Virus record (IMG/VR): IMGVR_UViG_3300032296_004087
Coordinates: 1 to 64,000 of that record
Strand: one strand, 5' to 3'
From: a virus
Lineage: Duplodnaviria; Caudoviricetes
Length of the DNA stretch: 64,000 nt
The translations under genes and the position numbers were made by a program. Under the pieces are notes generated by a model that did not search any database, was not told the origin of the DNA, and worked only from the letters and a program-made list of their open reading frames with translations. Every line of letters begins with the position of its first letter. Within the stretch, counting starts at the first letter, position 1. This document shows, piece after piece, positions 10,682-19,420 of the stretch.

Positions 10682-11758
10682 ATGACTATTGAGACGCTTA
10701 ATCGTTATTATGAAGATGGGTTGTTGTACAAACAAACTCATCCCACCCTTCCATTGACTATATGGAACTACACCGAGAAAGTTCAGTACGAAGGGTTGTG
10801 GGACGAGGTTACGGTTCAATGTAGAGGTCTTATAACTGAGAATACCACTGGTAAAATATTGGTTCGCCCCTTTAAAAAATTCTTTAACTACGAGGAGGTT
10901 ATTGGTAAGGAAGTAATCCCTTCCAAGGGCGATTATGTTTACATCCAAGAAAAAATGGATGGTTCTTTGGGTATTTTATTCAACTACGAAGACCAATGGA
11001 TTATGGCAACCCGTGGTTCATTTGCTTCTGAACAAGCAATCAAAGGTCTTGAGATTGTTAAATCAAAGTATTTTTTGGCTTCATGGTCAAAAGAATATGC
11101 CTACTTAGTGGAGATAATTTATGAAGCGAATCGAATTGTTGTTCGATACGATGAAGAAAAAATTGTGTTCTTATCCGTGGTTTTGAATGAGAGTTGGAAA
11201 TGGGAACCAACGGACGACACCGAACTACACTGGACTACCGCAAAGATGGTTCTACATGCTAACGGTGTTGAAGAAGATGATTTGGTTAAAACCGAACAAC
11301 ATTTCAATTTCTCTGATGAGTTATACAAGTCGTTGAAAGAAAAGAACGAGACCAATAAAGAAGGTTTTGTCCTTAGATTCCAACCTGGTAACTTCAGGAT
11401 GAAAATCAAGTTTGAAGAATATGTTCGTCTCCACAAGGTCATGACCAATCTTTCAACCACTGCGGTTTGGGAGGTATTGTCATCGGGTGGTAGTATGGAT
11501 AGTATTTTAACTCATGTTCCTGATGAATTCTACCGCAAAATCAAAGAGTATGAGAAAGAATTGATTATTCAGTTCAACCAACTTGAGGAGGAATACCAAA
11601 ACCACTTTGATTCAATAAAAGGATTGGGGATACGAAAGTTTTTTGCACTAAGTGCACGAATGTTTAAACATCCAACAATCTTATTTGCCATGTTGGATGG
11701 TAAGGATGTAGAACCAATCATTTGGAAATTAATCAAACCTGAGTTTCGTAAGTTGTAA
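10682..11758 (+). CDS. T4 Rnl1-like RNA ligase
   Basis: CRGLI, RPFKKFFNY, EKMDGSLG (adenylated Lys), ATRGSF, EGFVL, MKIKFEEY. Confidence 0.9.
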   Translation: MTIETLNRYYEDGLLYKQTHPTLPLTIWNYTEKVQYEGLWDEVTVQCRGLITENTTGKILVRPFKKFFNYEEVIGKEVIPSKGDYVYIQEKMDGSLGILFNYEDQWIMATRGSFASEQAIKGLEIVKSKYFLASWSKEYAYLVEIIYEANRIVVRYDEEKIVFLSVVLNESWKWEPTDDTELHWTTAKMVLHANGVEEDDLVKTEQHFNFSDELYKSLKEKNETNKEGFVLRFQPGNFRMKIKFEEYVRLHKVMTNLSTTAVWEVLSSGGSMDSILTHVPDEFYRKIKEYEKELIIQFNQLEEEYQNHFDSIKGLGIRKFFALSARMFKHPTILFAMLDGKDVEPIIWKLIKPEFRKL

Positions 11759-11779
11759 AATATTTTATATCTTTGTCTT

Positions 11780-12427
11780 ATGAAAATTGTATTGGAAAAA
11801 GGGCAAGGTCTGTTTTTCACATCAGACACTCACTATAACCACGGAAACATTTGTCGTGCTACTACCAATTGGGTGGGTGCTGAAAACCTGACCCGTGATT
11901 ATAAGTCCTTAAACCACATGAATGATACTTTGGTAAACCGAATCAATGAGATGGTAGGTGAGGACGATATTTTGATTCACCTTGGTGACTGGTCGTTTGG
12001 CGGATTTGAATCCATAGCAGAGTTCCGTAATCGGATTCTTTGTAAGAACATTCACCTGACCTTCGGAAACCACGACCATCACATCCGTCGAAACAAAGGA
12101 GATATCCAAGATATTTTTTCATCTTGTCAGGACTACCTTCACTTGGATATTCGCAAACCAATCGGTAAAGAGGTTCTGAAATATTCTATGGTGTGTATGC
12201 ACTACCCGATTGCATCTTGGGATGGTATGAATGACGGTGTTGCTCACCTTCATGGACATGTTCACCTTTCACCTAACCTTCGTATCAACGAAGGACGGGC
12301 AATGGATGTTGGCGTGGACGGAAATGACCTTTACCCAATTTCTTTTGAGGAAATCCGTAACATTATGAAGGACCGTCCTCACCGAAAATTGACCTTACCA
12401 AAAGACCACCACGAAAAACGACTGTAA
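11780..12427 (+). CDS. calcineurin-like metallophosphoesterase
   Basis: SDTH, HLGD, GNHD, MHYP, HGHVH motifs. Confidence 0.9.
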   Translation: MKIVLEKGQGLFFTSDTHYNHGNICRATTNWVGAENLTRDYKSLNHMNDTLVNRINEMVGEDDILIHLGDWSFGGFESIAEFRNRILCKNIHLTFGNHDHHIRRNKGDIQDIFSSCQDYLHLDIRKPIGKEVLKYSMVCMHYPIASWDGMNDGVAHLHGHVHLSPNLRINEGRAMDVGVDGNDLYPISFEEIRNIMKDRPHRKLTLPKDHHEKRL

Positions 12428-12428
12428 A

Positions 12429-12830
12429 ATGAAAGAACTATATGTGCTCAGGGGATTACCAGGAAGTGGTAAATCAACAATTGCTAAAATGATTGTGGGG
12501 AATAAAGACTATTGTCACAAAGAAGCTGACATGTATTTTGTTGATAGGGAAGGGAACTATAAGTTCAACCCATCTGAAATCAAACTTGCACACATGTGGT
12601 GTCAAAACGAAGTTGAGTATTTGCTTAATTACGAACATTCACCTGTTGTTGTATCAAACACTTTCACCCAAGAGTGGGAAATGGAATATTACCACAAGTT
12701 GGCTGAAAAATATGGGTATCGTGTTCATTCCTTGATTGTGGAAAACCGCCATGGTGGTGTCAACGAACATGGAGTACCTGAAGAAAAGTTAGAACAAATG
12801 AAAAACAGGTTTGAAATTAAATTAATTTAA
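12429..12830 (+). CDS. P-loop polynucleotide-kinase-like protein (AAA_33)
   Basis: RGLPGSGKST Walker A; VVVSNTF; HGVPEEKL. Confidence 0.85.
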   Translation: MKELYVLRGLPGSGKSTIAKMIVGNKDYCHKEADMYFVDREGNYKFNPSEIKLAHMWCQNEVEYLLNYEHSPVVVSNTFTQEWEMEYYHKLAEKYGYRVHSLIVENRHGGVNEHGVPEEKLEQMKNRFEIKLI

Positions 12831-12923
12831 AGTGGTCAACTTCGACCACTTAAAATAATATTCAGAACCCCCTTGAAAGAGTGGGGTTTTTTTATTAGGT
12901 TTCCATTATCTATTTATTTGATA

Positions 12924-13319
12924 ATGAAAAAACTATTACTTTTATTTTTGCTTGTGTCCTTCACAAGTTTATTTTCTCAGGAAACTAAGATTACTTACCT
13001 CAGAGCGCAAAACGCTTCAATGGGTGTAAGACAAGATGAAAACAGTCCAGTCACAGAGTGGATTATTGACAGTAAGGAGGTCAACATCTTGGTTGAACTT
13101 CACCAAACTAAGGTTGTGATTTATAGTAAAACAACTCAGAATTACCATGTGGTTAACGCTGTCAATGCGTCTGTTGGAACATCAAGATGGTTGTGTAAAG
13201 ATTCCGATGGTAAGAGTTGTTATGTTGCCATGCACTTTGATGAAAGATATGCTGGTCTGATAACTTTGGCTGTGGAATACAATGATTTGGTTTGGTTTTA
13301 TATCTGCAATAAAGAATGA
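12924..13319 (+). CDS. secreted hypothetical protein
   Basis: Signal peptide MKKLLLLFLLVSFTSLFSQ. Confidence 0.7.
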   Translation: MKKLLLLFLLVSFTSLFSQETKITYLRAQNASMGVRQDENSPVTEWIIDSKEVNILVELHQTKVVIYSKTTQNYHVVNAVNASVGTSRWLCKDSDGKSCYVAMHFDERYAGLITLAVEYNDLVWFYICNKE

Positions 13320-13378
13320 AAAAACTTTTTTGAGTGGGTATTTGACCCTTTGATTCGATTTTATTATTATTTGTTAAA

Positions 13379-13624
13379 ATGAATAAAATGAAAATTAATT
13401 TACCATCAATTTTGGATTGGGGAGTTAGAATTATAGCTTTCTTTCTGGTCCTTTACCTCTCCGTTGAAACAGATAAGTTTGCCTTTGGAATGATGAATGC
13501 TAAAAACACAATCTCTTTCGGGTTAGGTGTTTCGTTGTTTTTGGGAACTAACATCATTGTTTTCTTCGCGATTTACAAATTATTCAAATCAACCATTAAC
13601 AAAAACTTTGATAATCTTGTCTAA
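13379..13624 (+). CDS. two-TM membrane protein
   Basis: Two hydrophobic stretches. Confidence 0.6.
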   Translation: MNKMKINLPSILDWGVRIIAFFLVLYLSVETDKFAFGMMNAKNTISFGLGVSLFLGTNIIVFFAIYKLFKSTINKNFDNLV

Positions 13625-13652
13625 TAAGAAAACTTAGTGTATATTTATTATT

Positions 13653-13778
13653 ATGAACATAGAACAAGCAAAACAAATTCTTAAAGAACACGGTCGTCCT
13701 ACTTGCCCATGTAAATACAATGGTAGTACCGACCTAATGATTCAAGAGGCTCAGAAACTCTCGACTCAATCAGAATAA
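13653..13778 (+). CDS. small protein (41 aa, MNIEQAKQILKEHGRPTCPCKY...)
   Basis: Hand-translated; between TATTTAT (13642) and a terminator. Confidence 0.6.
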   Translation: MNIEQAKQILKEHGRPTCPCKYNGSTDLMIQEAQKLSTQSE

Positions 13779-13784
13779 AGAAAG

Positions 13785-13810
13785 ACCCTCACCAAAAGTG
13801 GGGGTTTTTT
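13785..13810 (+). terminator. ACCCTCAC-loop-GTGGGGGT family terminator
   Basis: accctcac caaaa gtgggggt tttt; near-identical copies at 39433, 43869, 46228, 46901, 47725. Confidence 0.8.
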
Positions 13811-13843
13811 CTTATCTCAGGTATTTATAATAAAAGAATTTTT

Positions 13844-14212
13844 ATGAACAGTGAAGTTATAGCCAAGTTAGTCCAAATTCAAATGCAATTTAGATTTATG
13901 CATTGGCAGACATTCTCCTATGCAAAACACAAGGCTTATGGTAAGATATACGAAGCACTTGTTAATTTAGTTGATGAATTTGCTGAAGTATGTATGGGAA
14001 AACACGGAAGACCAGAATATCTTGGAGGTTTGAGTTTAGAGATTGAAGATTTATCACAGATGTCTTTACAAGAGTTTGTTGATGACTCGGTAAACTTCCT
14101 ATTGTCTTTTGATGAAATCTATGACCCAACCCTTGACACAGATTTGTTAAACCTAAGAGATGAGATGGTTGCGTTAATAAACAGAGGAAAATACTTATTC
14201 ACTTTAGAATGA
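13844..14212 (+). CDS. ferritin/Dps-like four-helix protein (DUF5856-like)
   Basis: FMHWQT..YAKHKAYGKIYE..LVDEFAE...DLLNLRDEM. Confidence 0.7.
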   Translation: MNSEVIAKLVQIQMQFRFMHWQTFSYAKHKAYGKIYEALVNLVDEFAEVCMGKHGRPEYLGGLSLEIEDLSQMSLQEFVDDSVNFLLSFDEIYDPTLDTDLLNLRDEMVALINRGKYLFTLE

Positions 14213-14598
14213 AAAAAAATATCCGTATCACCGAAAAGGCACTATCTCGTATTATCGACAATGTGATTAAAGAACAAGAAGTGGTTGTAGAAATGAAAGT
14301 CAAAGACTTAAAAAATAAGGTCAATGAACAACTTTCAAGTTATCAACTATCATCGGGAGATGTTCGTGAAATTCAAAATGCTTTGAATGAATATTTTAAG
14401 ATGAAAAAAATACCAACAAAAATAGTTGTTGATGAAAGGTGGGGACCTTCAACGGTCGAGGCACTTAAGAAATTCCAAAAAATGGAGAAACTCGATGTGG
14501 ATGGAATTCCTGGACCGAGTGTTTATGAAAAAATGGTTGAGTTAGGTATCAGAGGTAACTTTTTCGAAAGATGGTTATCCAAACTTGGTTTGTTCTGA
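14209..14598 (+). CDS. peptidoglycan-binding (PG_binding_1) protein with ITE-type leader
   Basis: VREIQNALN...VDERWGPSTVEALKKFQ..LDVDGIPGP. Confidence 0.8.
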   Translation: MKKNIRITEKALSRIIDNVIKEQEVVVEMKVKDLKNKVNEQLSSYQLSSGDVREIQNALNEYFKMKKIPTKIVVDERWGPSTVEALKKFQKMEKLDVDGIPGPSVYEKMVELGIRGNFFERWLSKLGLF

Positions 14599-14625
14599 TA
14601 AAAACCAATTAAAATTAAATGGGGA

Positions 14626-14973
14626 CTAAAGTAAAAGTTTTACTTGGTCCCCTTTTTTTATGTCAAGCTCATTTGCGGAACTACCTTGAATTTCAAGAAC
14701 TAATCTTCCTCTACCGCAATAACTATCACAATCTTCATCCTTACAAGGCTGGCAATTGTGATGTACTTTAGTTATCGTTGTTCCTTCAATAAAGATTATG
14801 TCTAAGGGGATTATACAGTTCTTCATCCAAAAACAACTGGTGTCTTCATCCATAACAAATAACATTCCGTTGAACTCATCAGTGAAAGTTCTGTTCATCA
14901 TTCCTTGAGCTTTGTCAAAATTACTTGTAACAACTTTTACATTAAAGATATTATCCCCTATTTTTAACCTCAT
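14626..14973 (-). CDS. DUF192 family protein
   Basis: QGMMNR...GMLFV...FWMKNCIIPLDIIFI...LVLEI. Confidence 0.85.
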   Translation of the reverse strand: MRLKIGDNIFNVKVVTSNFDKAQGMMNRTFTDEFNGMLFVMDEDTSCFWMKNCIIPLDIIFIEGTTITKVHHNCQPCKDEDCDSYCGRGRLVLEIQGSSANELDIKKGDQVKLLL

Positions 14974-14986
14974 AGTAATTATAAAT

Positions 14987-15412
14987 ATGAAAGAGAAGAT
15001 TTATGTTGGTGTTGTTGTAAAAGTTAATGACGAAGTTTTACTTTGTAAAAGGTCTACCAAAGCAACTTTGCCGGGTGTATGGTCCGTCCCTGCGGGTAGT
15101 GTTGAGAAAGGTGAAACCACAAAAGAAGCTGCTGTTAGAGAATTCCATGAGGAAACTGATATCATTATTTCCTCAGATGACTTAACCTTTGTTGGTTTGG
15201 TTCCTCGTACTTCAAGAGATGGTAGGTTTGTAAAAGGGTGGATGTATGTTTATCTTTTACAATCTAATCCGTATTTGTATCCCGATTTAGAAAATGCTAA
15301 AGATGGTCAAGAACACAGTGATTGTGGGTATTTTACTTACGAAGACATTATGGAAATGAACACTGGTGAATTTTTCAAAAAATTATTAATGGCAATTTTA
15401 AATAAAGTTTAA
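14987..15412 (+). CDS. NUDIX hydrolase
   Basis: Nudix box GSVEKGETTKEAAVREFHEETDI. Confidence 0.9.
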   Translation: MKEKIYVGVVVKVNDEVLLCKRSTKATLPGVWSVPAGSVEKGETTKEAAVREFHEETDIIISSDDLTFVGLVPRTSRDGRFVKGWMYVYLLQSNPYLYPDLENAKDGQEHSDCGYFTYEDIMEMNTGEFFKKLLMAILNKV

Positions 15413-15623
15413 CTTTTCAAAACAAAACATATATTTATTATCTCAACCGAGAGGTTGACACACCCCACAAAAAGTTCTACAGGTCATTTGACAAATCCTA
15501 AATTTGTTTTATCTTTGTAGAACACTCGGAAGAAGGACTTCGGTCCCTTTCACATCCCACAATGAGTGTTCGAGAGAACATAGTAGTTGTGGGATTTTTT
15601 TCGGGTGTCGGTCTTTAAAATAT

Positions 15624-15697
15624 TGCGGGATAGAGCAGTTGGTTAGCTTGCAAGGCTCATAACCTTGAGGTCGAAGGTTCGAATCCTTCTCCCGCCA
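15624..15697 (+). tRNA. tRNA-Met(CAT), initiator-like
   Basis: Cloverleaf with CAAGG-CTCATAA-CCTTG anticodon arm, GGTTCGAATCC T arm, 1:72 mismatch, A11-U24; CCA not encoded. Confidence 0.9.
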
Positions 15698-15719
15698 CTA
15701 ACTCCAAATTCAATTTCCC

Positions 15720-16307
15720 TTGAAATATTCTTACGTAGAAAATAAATTAATCGACGAGAAGGGAAATGCTGTGATGATGGATTGGGAAAAACCAATCATG
15801 AAATTGGTTTCCGAAATTATTTGTAAAAATAGGGGGAGAATCCTTAATATCGGGTTCGGAATGGGAATCGTTGACACTTACATTTCTGAACTACTACCAA
15901 TGGAACATGTTATCATTGAAAGGAATTTGGATGTCTACGAATATATGGTGGATAATGGTTGGTTGGAAAAACCAAACACAAAGGTAATTTTCGATTCGTG
16001 GCAGAATGTTTTGGATGACATAGGAATTTTCGATGGGATTTATTTGGATACATGGTGTGATGAAAGACTCCAATCAACACCTAAACTTCTTGAAAAAAAT
16101 TTGAAAGTTGGTGGTGTGTTTTCTATGTGGTACAATCAATCAGAATTTTCAGAAATAGTTCAAAAATTAGATGATAAGTACTCGGTGTCCTACATTCAAC
16201 TTCGTAACGATGAATTGATACCCTATTCACAACATCAAAATGGGGAAGTTTATATTGACCCCCACTTGCAAAATATAACCATCCCACAAATTATAAAAAA
16301 TTTTTAG
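15720..16307 (+). CDS. second Rmt2/GAMT-like methyltransferase
   Basis: AVMMDWEKPIM, ILNIGFGMGIVD, FDGIYLDTW; paralogue of 6465-7094. Confidence 0.8.
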   Translation: MKYSYVENKLIDEKGNAVMMDWEKPIMKLVSEIICKNRGRILNIGFGMGIVDTYISELLPMEHVIIERNLDVYEYMVDNGWLEKPNTKVIFDSWQNVLDDIGIFDGIYLDTWCDERLQSTPKLLEKNLKVGGVFSMWYNQSEFSEIVQKLDDKYSVSYIQLRNDELIPYSQHQNGEVYIDPHLQNITIPQIIKNF

Positions 16308-16429
16308 TTGGGTTGTTGACAAACTCGAATCTTTGATTATACTTTAACAAGAAGTCAGAAACACGGAATTCAAATCTCACCATCCGTAGTTAATAGAGTA
16401 AGTTTCTGATTTTGTTCTTTGAATTACAA

Positions 16430-17170
16430 AACAGGCGGTTTAGCGTCTTTAGATAACCCCAGCGATGGGACTAAAAGGGATGAAGGGTTTAGCGACCTTT
16501 GTAGTCTCGCAGGGCTTCGGTCTTGACAACTAAACAAAGTACCTACGGTGAAAACCCTGACGGCAAGTGCTGAGGGGGAGACATCATCCCGATTTTGTAG
16601 AGAATCGGGGTTGAGATGGAGACATCAACAGGAAAAGGTACAGGTGACGGTTTGAGACATCCCGCTGGGTGTTGTAAAGCTGAGTACCAGTCTGAGGGGT
16701 TACCACGGGTTTAAACCCACCGTAGTCCTGATTGACCGTCAACTGGCGGGTTGACAGAGAGGTGTGAAGCATTTCGTTCTCAAAAGGAATGGACCTTCTC
16801 CCGAAGCACATCTTTCATTCTTCTACAAAGCTACATATCAATGTGAATGATATTCAATGATACAAGCAAAAGTCTTCGGGCGTTGGTACTGAAAGGTGTC
16901 TAATCCTTCAGGTCATCGGACCAATGAAGGCACGGATAGGACCGCAAGTCCATCGGTGTTGATTGAGAAACTACTCGTGGGACGGCCATCCCTCAGTCAG
17001 CTCGCAAGGTTGAAGAGATAGGAGTATCAGTTGAGTTGGTGTCAACGAAAAGAGTGGTAGACTCAAATTACCGACATTGGTTGGTTACGACAGGCAACTG
17101 TTGTGGACCGAGTGGGGAAACCATAATCCCACCAAAGACTGACCACCTAAGCTCGTAGTCTCAGAGCATT
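16430..17170 (+). ncRNA. large ornate structured RNA, GOLLD-like
   Basis: ORF-free, GC-raised ~740 nt with many GNRA/UUCG hairpins and long-range pairings; own promoter, boxA-like TGTTCTTTGAA and terminator; close to a tRNA. The GOLLD name is inferred; boundaries approximate. Confidence 0.65.
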
Positions 17171-17175
17171 AGCCA

Positions 17176-17205
17176 AACCCCCTTCCGAAAGGTTGGGGGT
17201 TTTTT
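17176..17205 (+). terminator. intrinsic terminator of the large RNA
   Basis: aaacccccttcc gaaa ggttgggggttttt. Confidence 0.8.
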
Positions 17206-17229
17206 ATTTAAAGAGGTATTTATAAAAAT

Positions 17230-17691
17230 ATGAAACTTTTAAGTGTTCTTAAAGAAACAATTTTTGTTGTCGAAGAAATGGGCCCTGGCTCAGAACCTTA
17301 TGATTACTACAGAGAGGGTGAATACTTAGTTGAGTGGTGGACAGCCCCACATGTATATGAACAACGAGATGGTAAACCTCGAATACCTGATATAAGGATA
17401 TTCGATAAACTTATCGATTTATCAAGTCCCCTGATACTAACTAAGTATTTTTTTCAAGGGACAAAATTCAAGGAGATAAAACCTGAAGATAGTTTTCATC
17501 CGAGATTTATAATCAGAAAGATAAAAGGTAATTCAAGACCTCAAATGGTGGTGCAAATTGAAGAACTAAACTCTGAAAAGAAAAAAATCGTCCTGCAAAT
17601 ACTTTCTTTTTTAGATGTGGAGGGTCGTGATTTTTATTTCCTTGATAGAGGGGAGAAAACCTTGCGATTTATTATGGACTTAGAAGAATAA
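17230..17691 (+). CDS. hypothetical protein (MKLLSVLKE leader)
   Basis: ORF after TATTTAT at 17217. Confidence 0.7.
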   Translation: MKLLSVLKETIFVVEEMGPGSEPYDYYREGEYLVEWWTAPHVYEQRDGKPRIPDIRIFDKLIDLSSPLILTKYFFQGTKFKEIKPEDSFHPRFIIRKIKGNSRPQMVVQIEELNSEKKKIVLQILSFLDVEGRDFYFLDRGEKTLRFIMDLEE

Positions 17692-17743
17692 AATTTGGCA
17701 GTCTAAAATTTATTTTTTATATTTGTGTTGTAATTCGATAAAA

Positions 17744-18031
17744 ATGAAACACAACACCATTATCATCAAACACCCGAAGTTGGGTAAATTAGTTCATCAG
17801 ACTTTCGATAAGTCTGGTCAGTTTAAATTGTTTCTTATGGGTATTCATGGACCACTTGAATTGAAAACCGACCTGAATTTTTTCAATGGTGACGATTTTC
17901 TTCTCAATATACCTCACAAAATTCTCTGTGAATGTATTATTATAACTAAACATGTTGGAGAAAAGAAAGGAAATTCTTTGTCTGAACATTTCAAATCTCG
18001 AATGGAAGCCGAGGTAATCAAAGAGTCCTAA
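17744..18031 (+). CDS. hypothetical protein
   Basis: ORF after sigmaA promoter 17694-17725. Confidence 0.65.
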   Translation: MKHNTIIIKHPKLGKLVHQTFDKSGQFKLFLMGIHGPLELKTDLNFFNGDDFLLNIPHKILCECIIITKHVGEKKGNSLSEHFKSRMEAEVIKES

Positions 18032-18105
18032 CCTCTCTGTTAGGTGGTGGAGCGTCCAACAACCTGTTGGACCCAAGAAAGGTCAGTTAACTCTGACCTT
18101 TTTTA

Positions 18106-18891
18106 TTACATATTTGAAAAATAAAGAGGGGTGGGAAACTCCGAATATGAAATTATCCCTTGTAAAATCATCCCTTTATTTTTTGGTCGGTTAAAAATTT
18201 GCTTAACAAACTTTTCATCACTTTCAAACTGAAGAAAAGTTTCAGTCCTTACTGTTACATCATACTCCTTTAACACTTTCAATCGGTTTTCAAATACGTT
18301 AGAAAGTGGAGTTGTAGTACCTTCATAATCGTTCAATTCTGAATTAACTTGAGCATCATCTGATATTTCGAAATATACTTCAATACTTTTTTCTTGCCAA
18401 TCTTCTTCTTCACCAGTTCCATCACAAGTATCACAACTACCAGAACCATCCCCATCACAATAATCACACCCAACTTCTCCAGTACCTTGGCAAGTTGAAC
18501 ACGGTTCACCATCGATTTCTTCAGTACCATCACATTCAGGACATTCATATTCACCCCTACCATCACAATAATCACAGTCTACTTCGCCGTCACCATCACA
18601 TGCAGAGCAAGTATCAAAAACATCGGTGTAAGAGGTGTAAAAGGTTAAAACTATTTTAGTTTCTTCAGTTTTCAAAATAAGATAGTTTAAATCCAAATTT
18701 GAATCTACTTGAGTCAACTGATAAATGAAAATAAATAATTTGAAAATACTTTCTTCATCAAAAAGAGAGAAAAACTCATTTTGTTTAGTATACAAATACT
18801 TGAATCGTTCTAAAAAAGTTTCCATATTTTCCCCTGAGGGAAAAAAAGAAACTAATTTTTTGGCTATGATATAAAGTTTTTCGTTAGTCAT
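18106..18891 (-). CDS. protein with DnaJ-type CxxCxGxG zinc-finger repeats
   Basis: Six CxxCxGxG-like repeats; no J-domain HPD. Confidence 0.75.
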   Translation of the reverse strand: MTNEKLYIIAKKLVSFFPSGENMETFLERFKYLYTKQNEFFSLFDEESIFKLFIFIYQLTQVDSNLDLNYLILKTEETKIVLTFYTSYTDVFDTCSACDGDGEVDCDYCDGRGEYECPECDGTEEIDGEPCSTCQGTGEVGCDYCDGDGSGSCDTCDGTGEEEDWQEKSIEVYFEISDDAQVNSELNDYEGTTTPLSNVFENRLKVLKEYDVTVRTETFLQFESDEKFVKQIFNRPKNKGMILQGIISYSEFPTPLYFSNM

Positions 18892-18974
18892 AATGAATAA
18901 TCTATAAATATAAGTAAAATAAATTCATGTAATGTTTCACTTTTGTAGCTTGATTTTTACATTTAAATAAAAAA

Positions 18975-19385
18975 ATGGATGTAAGAGTTACAAAACAAGA
19001 AATTCTATCCAACCCTAATGATTACGAATTGGGTAAGTTGGTTAGACAAAGATATTGGGAACTTTATGAAAAAGACATTAATCAAAACTTTGATGAACAT
19101 GTGGGTTTGGTAATCGGTGAAGACGGATTAGTAAAATCTATTATCAACGCGGAATCAATGATGCAAACTTGTTCAATTTGTGGTGAAAATACATACAGAT
19201 TGTCTTCGGAACATTTAGTGGGTACAGAACACATGCAATGTGTGTTAAACCAACAAAACGAATTTGATGTTTGTGTTATTTGTGGTAGAGAAACCTCATA
19301 TAAAAGAAGTACTCCAATTGATATGAGAATTGGTTATGTCGAAGGGGCGGGACAAACATGTGACGGGACATGTCGAAGAGTATAA
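18975..19385 (+). CDS. hypothetical protein with zinc-ribbon motifs
   Basis: CSICGE, CVICGR, YVEGAGQTC. Confidence 0.65.
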   Translation: MDVRVTKQEILSNPNDYELGKLVRQRYWELYEKDINQNFDEHVGLVIGEDGLVKSIINAESMMQTCSICGENTYRLSSEHLVGTEHMQCVLNQQNEFDVCVICGRETSYKRSTPIDMRIGYVEGAGQTCDGTCRRV

Positions 19386-19420
19386 ATTGACAAAAAAGTT
19401 TAAATAACTATATTTTTACT

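Noticed and set aside
16430-17170. rRNA, RNase P, tmRNA or self-splicing intron; also ORF 16584-16811
   Set aside because: No recognisable rRNA, RNase P (GAGGAAAGUCC) or tmRNA end motifs; it interrupts no gene; the short antisense ORF has no coding features
18106-18891. dnaJ
   Set aside because: Only the CxxCxGxG repeats are present; no J-domain or HPD motif
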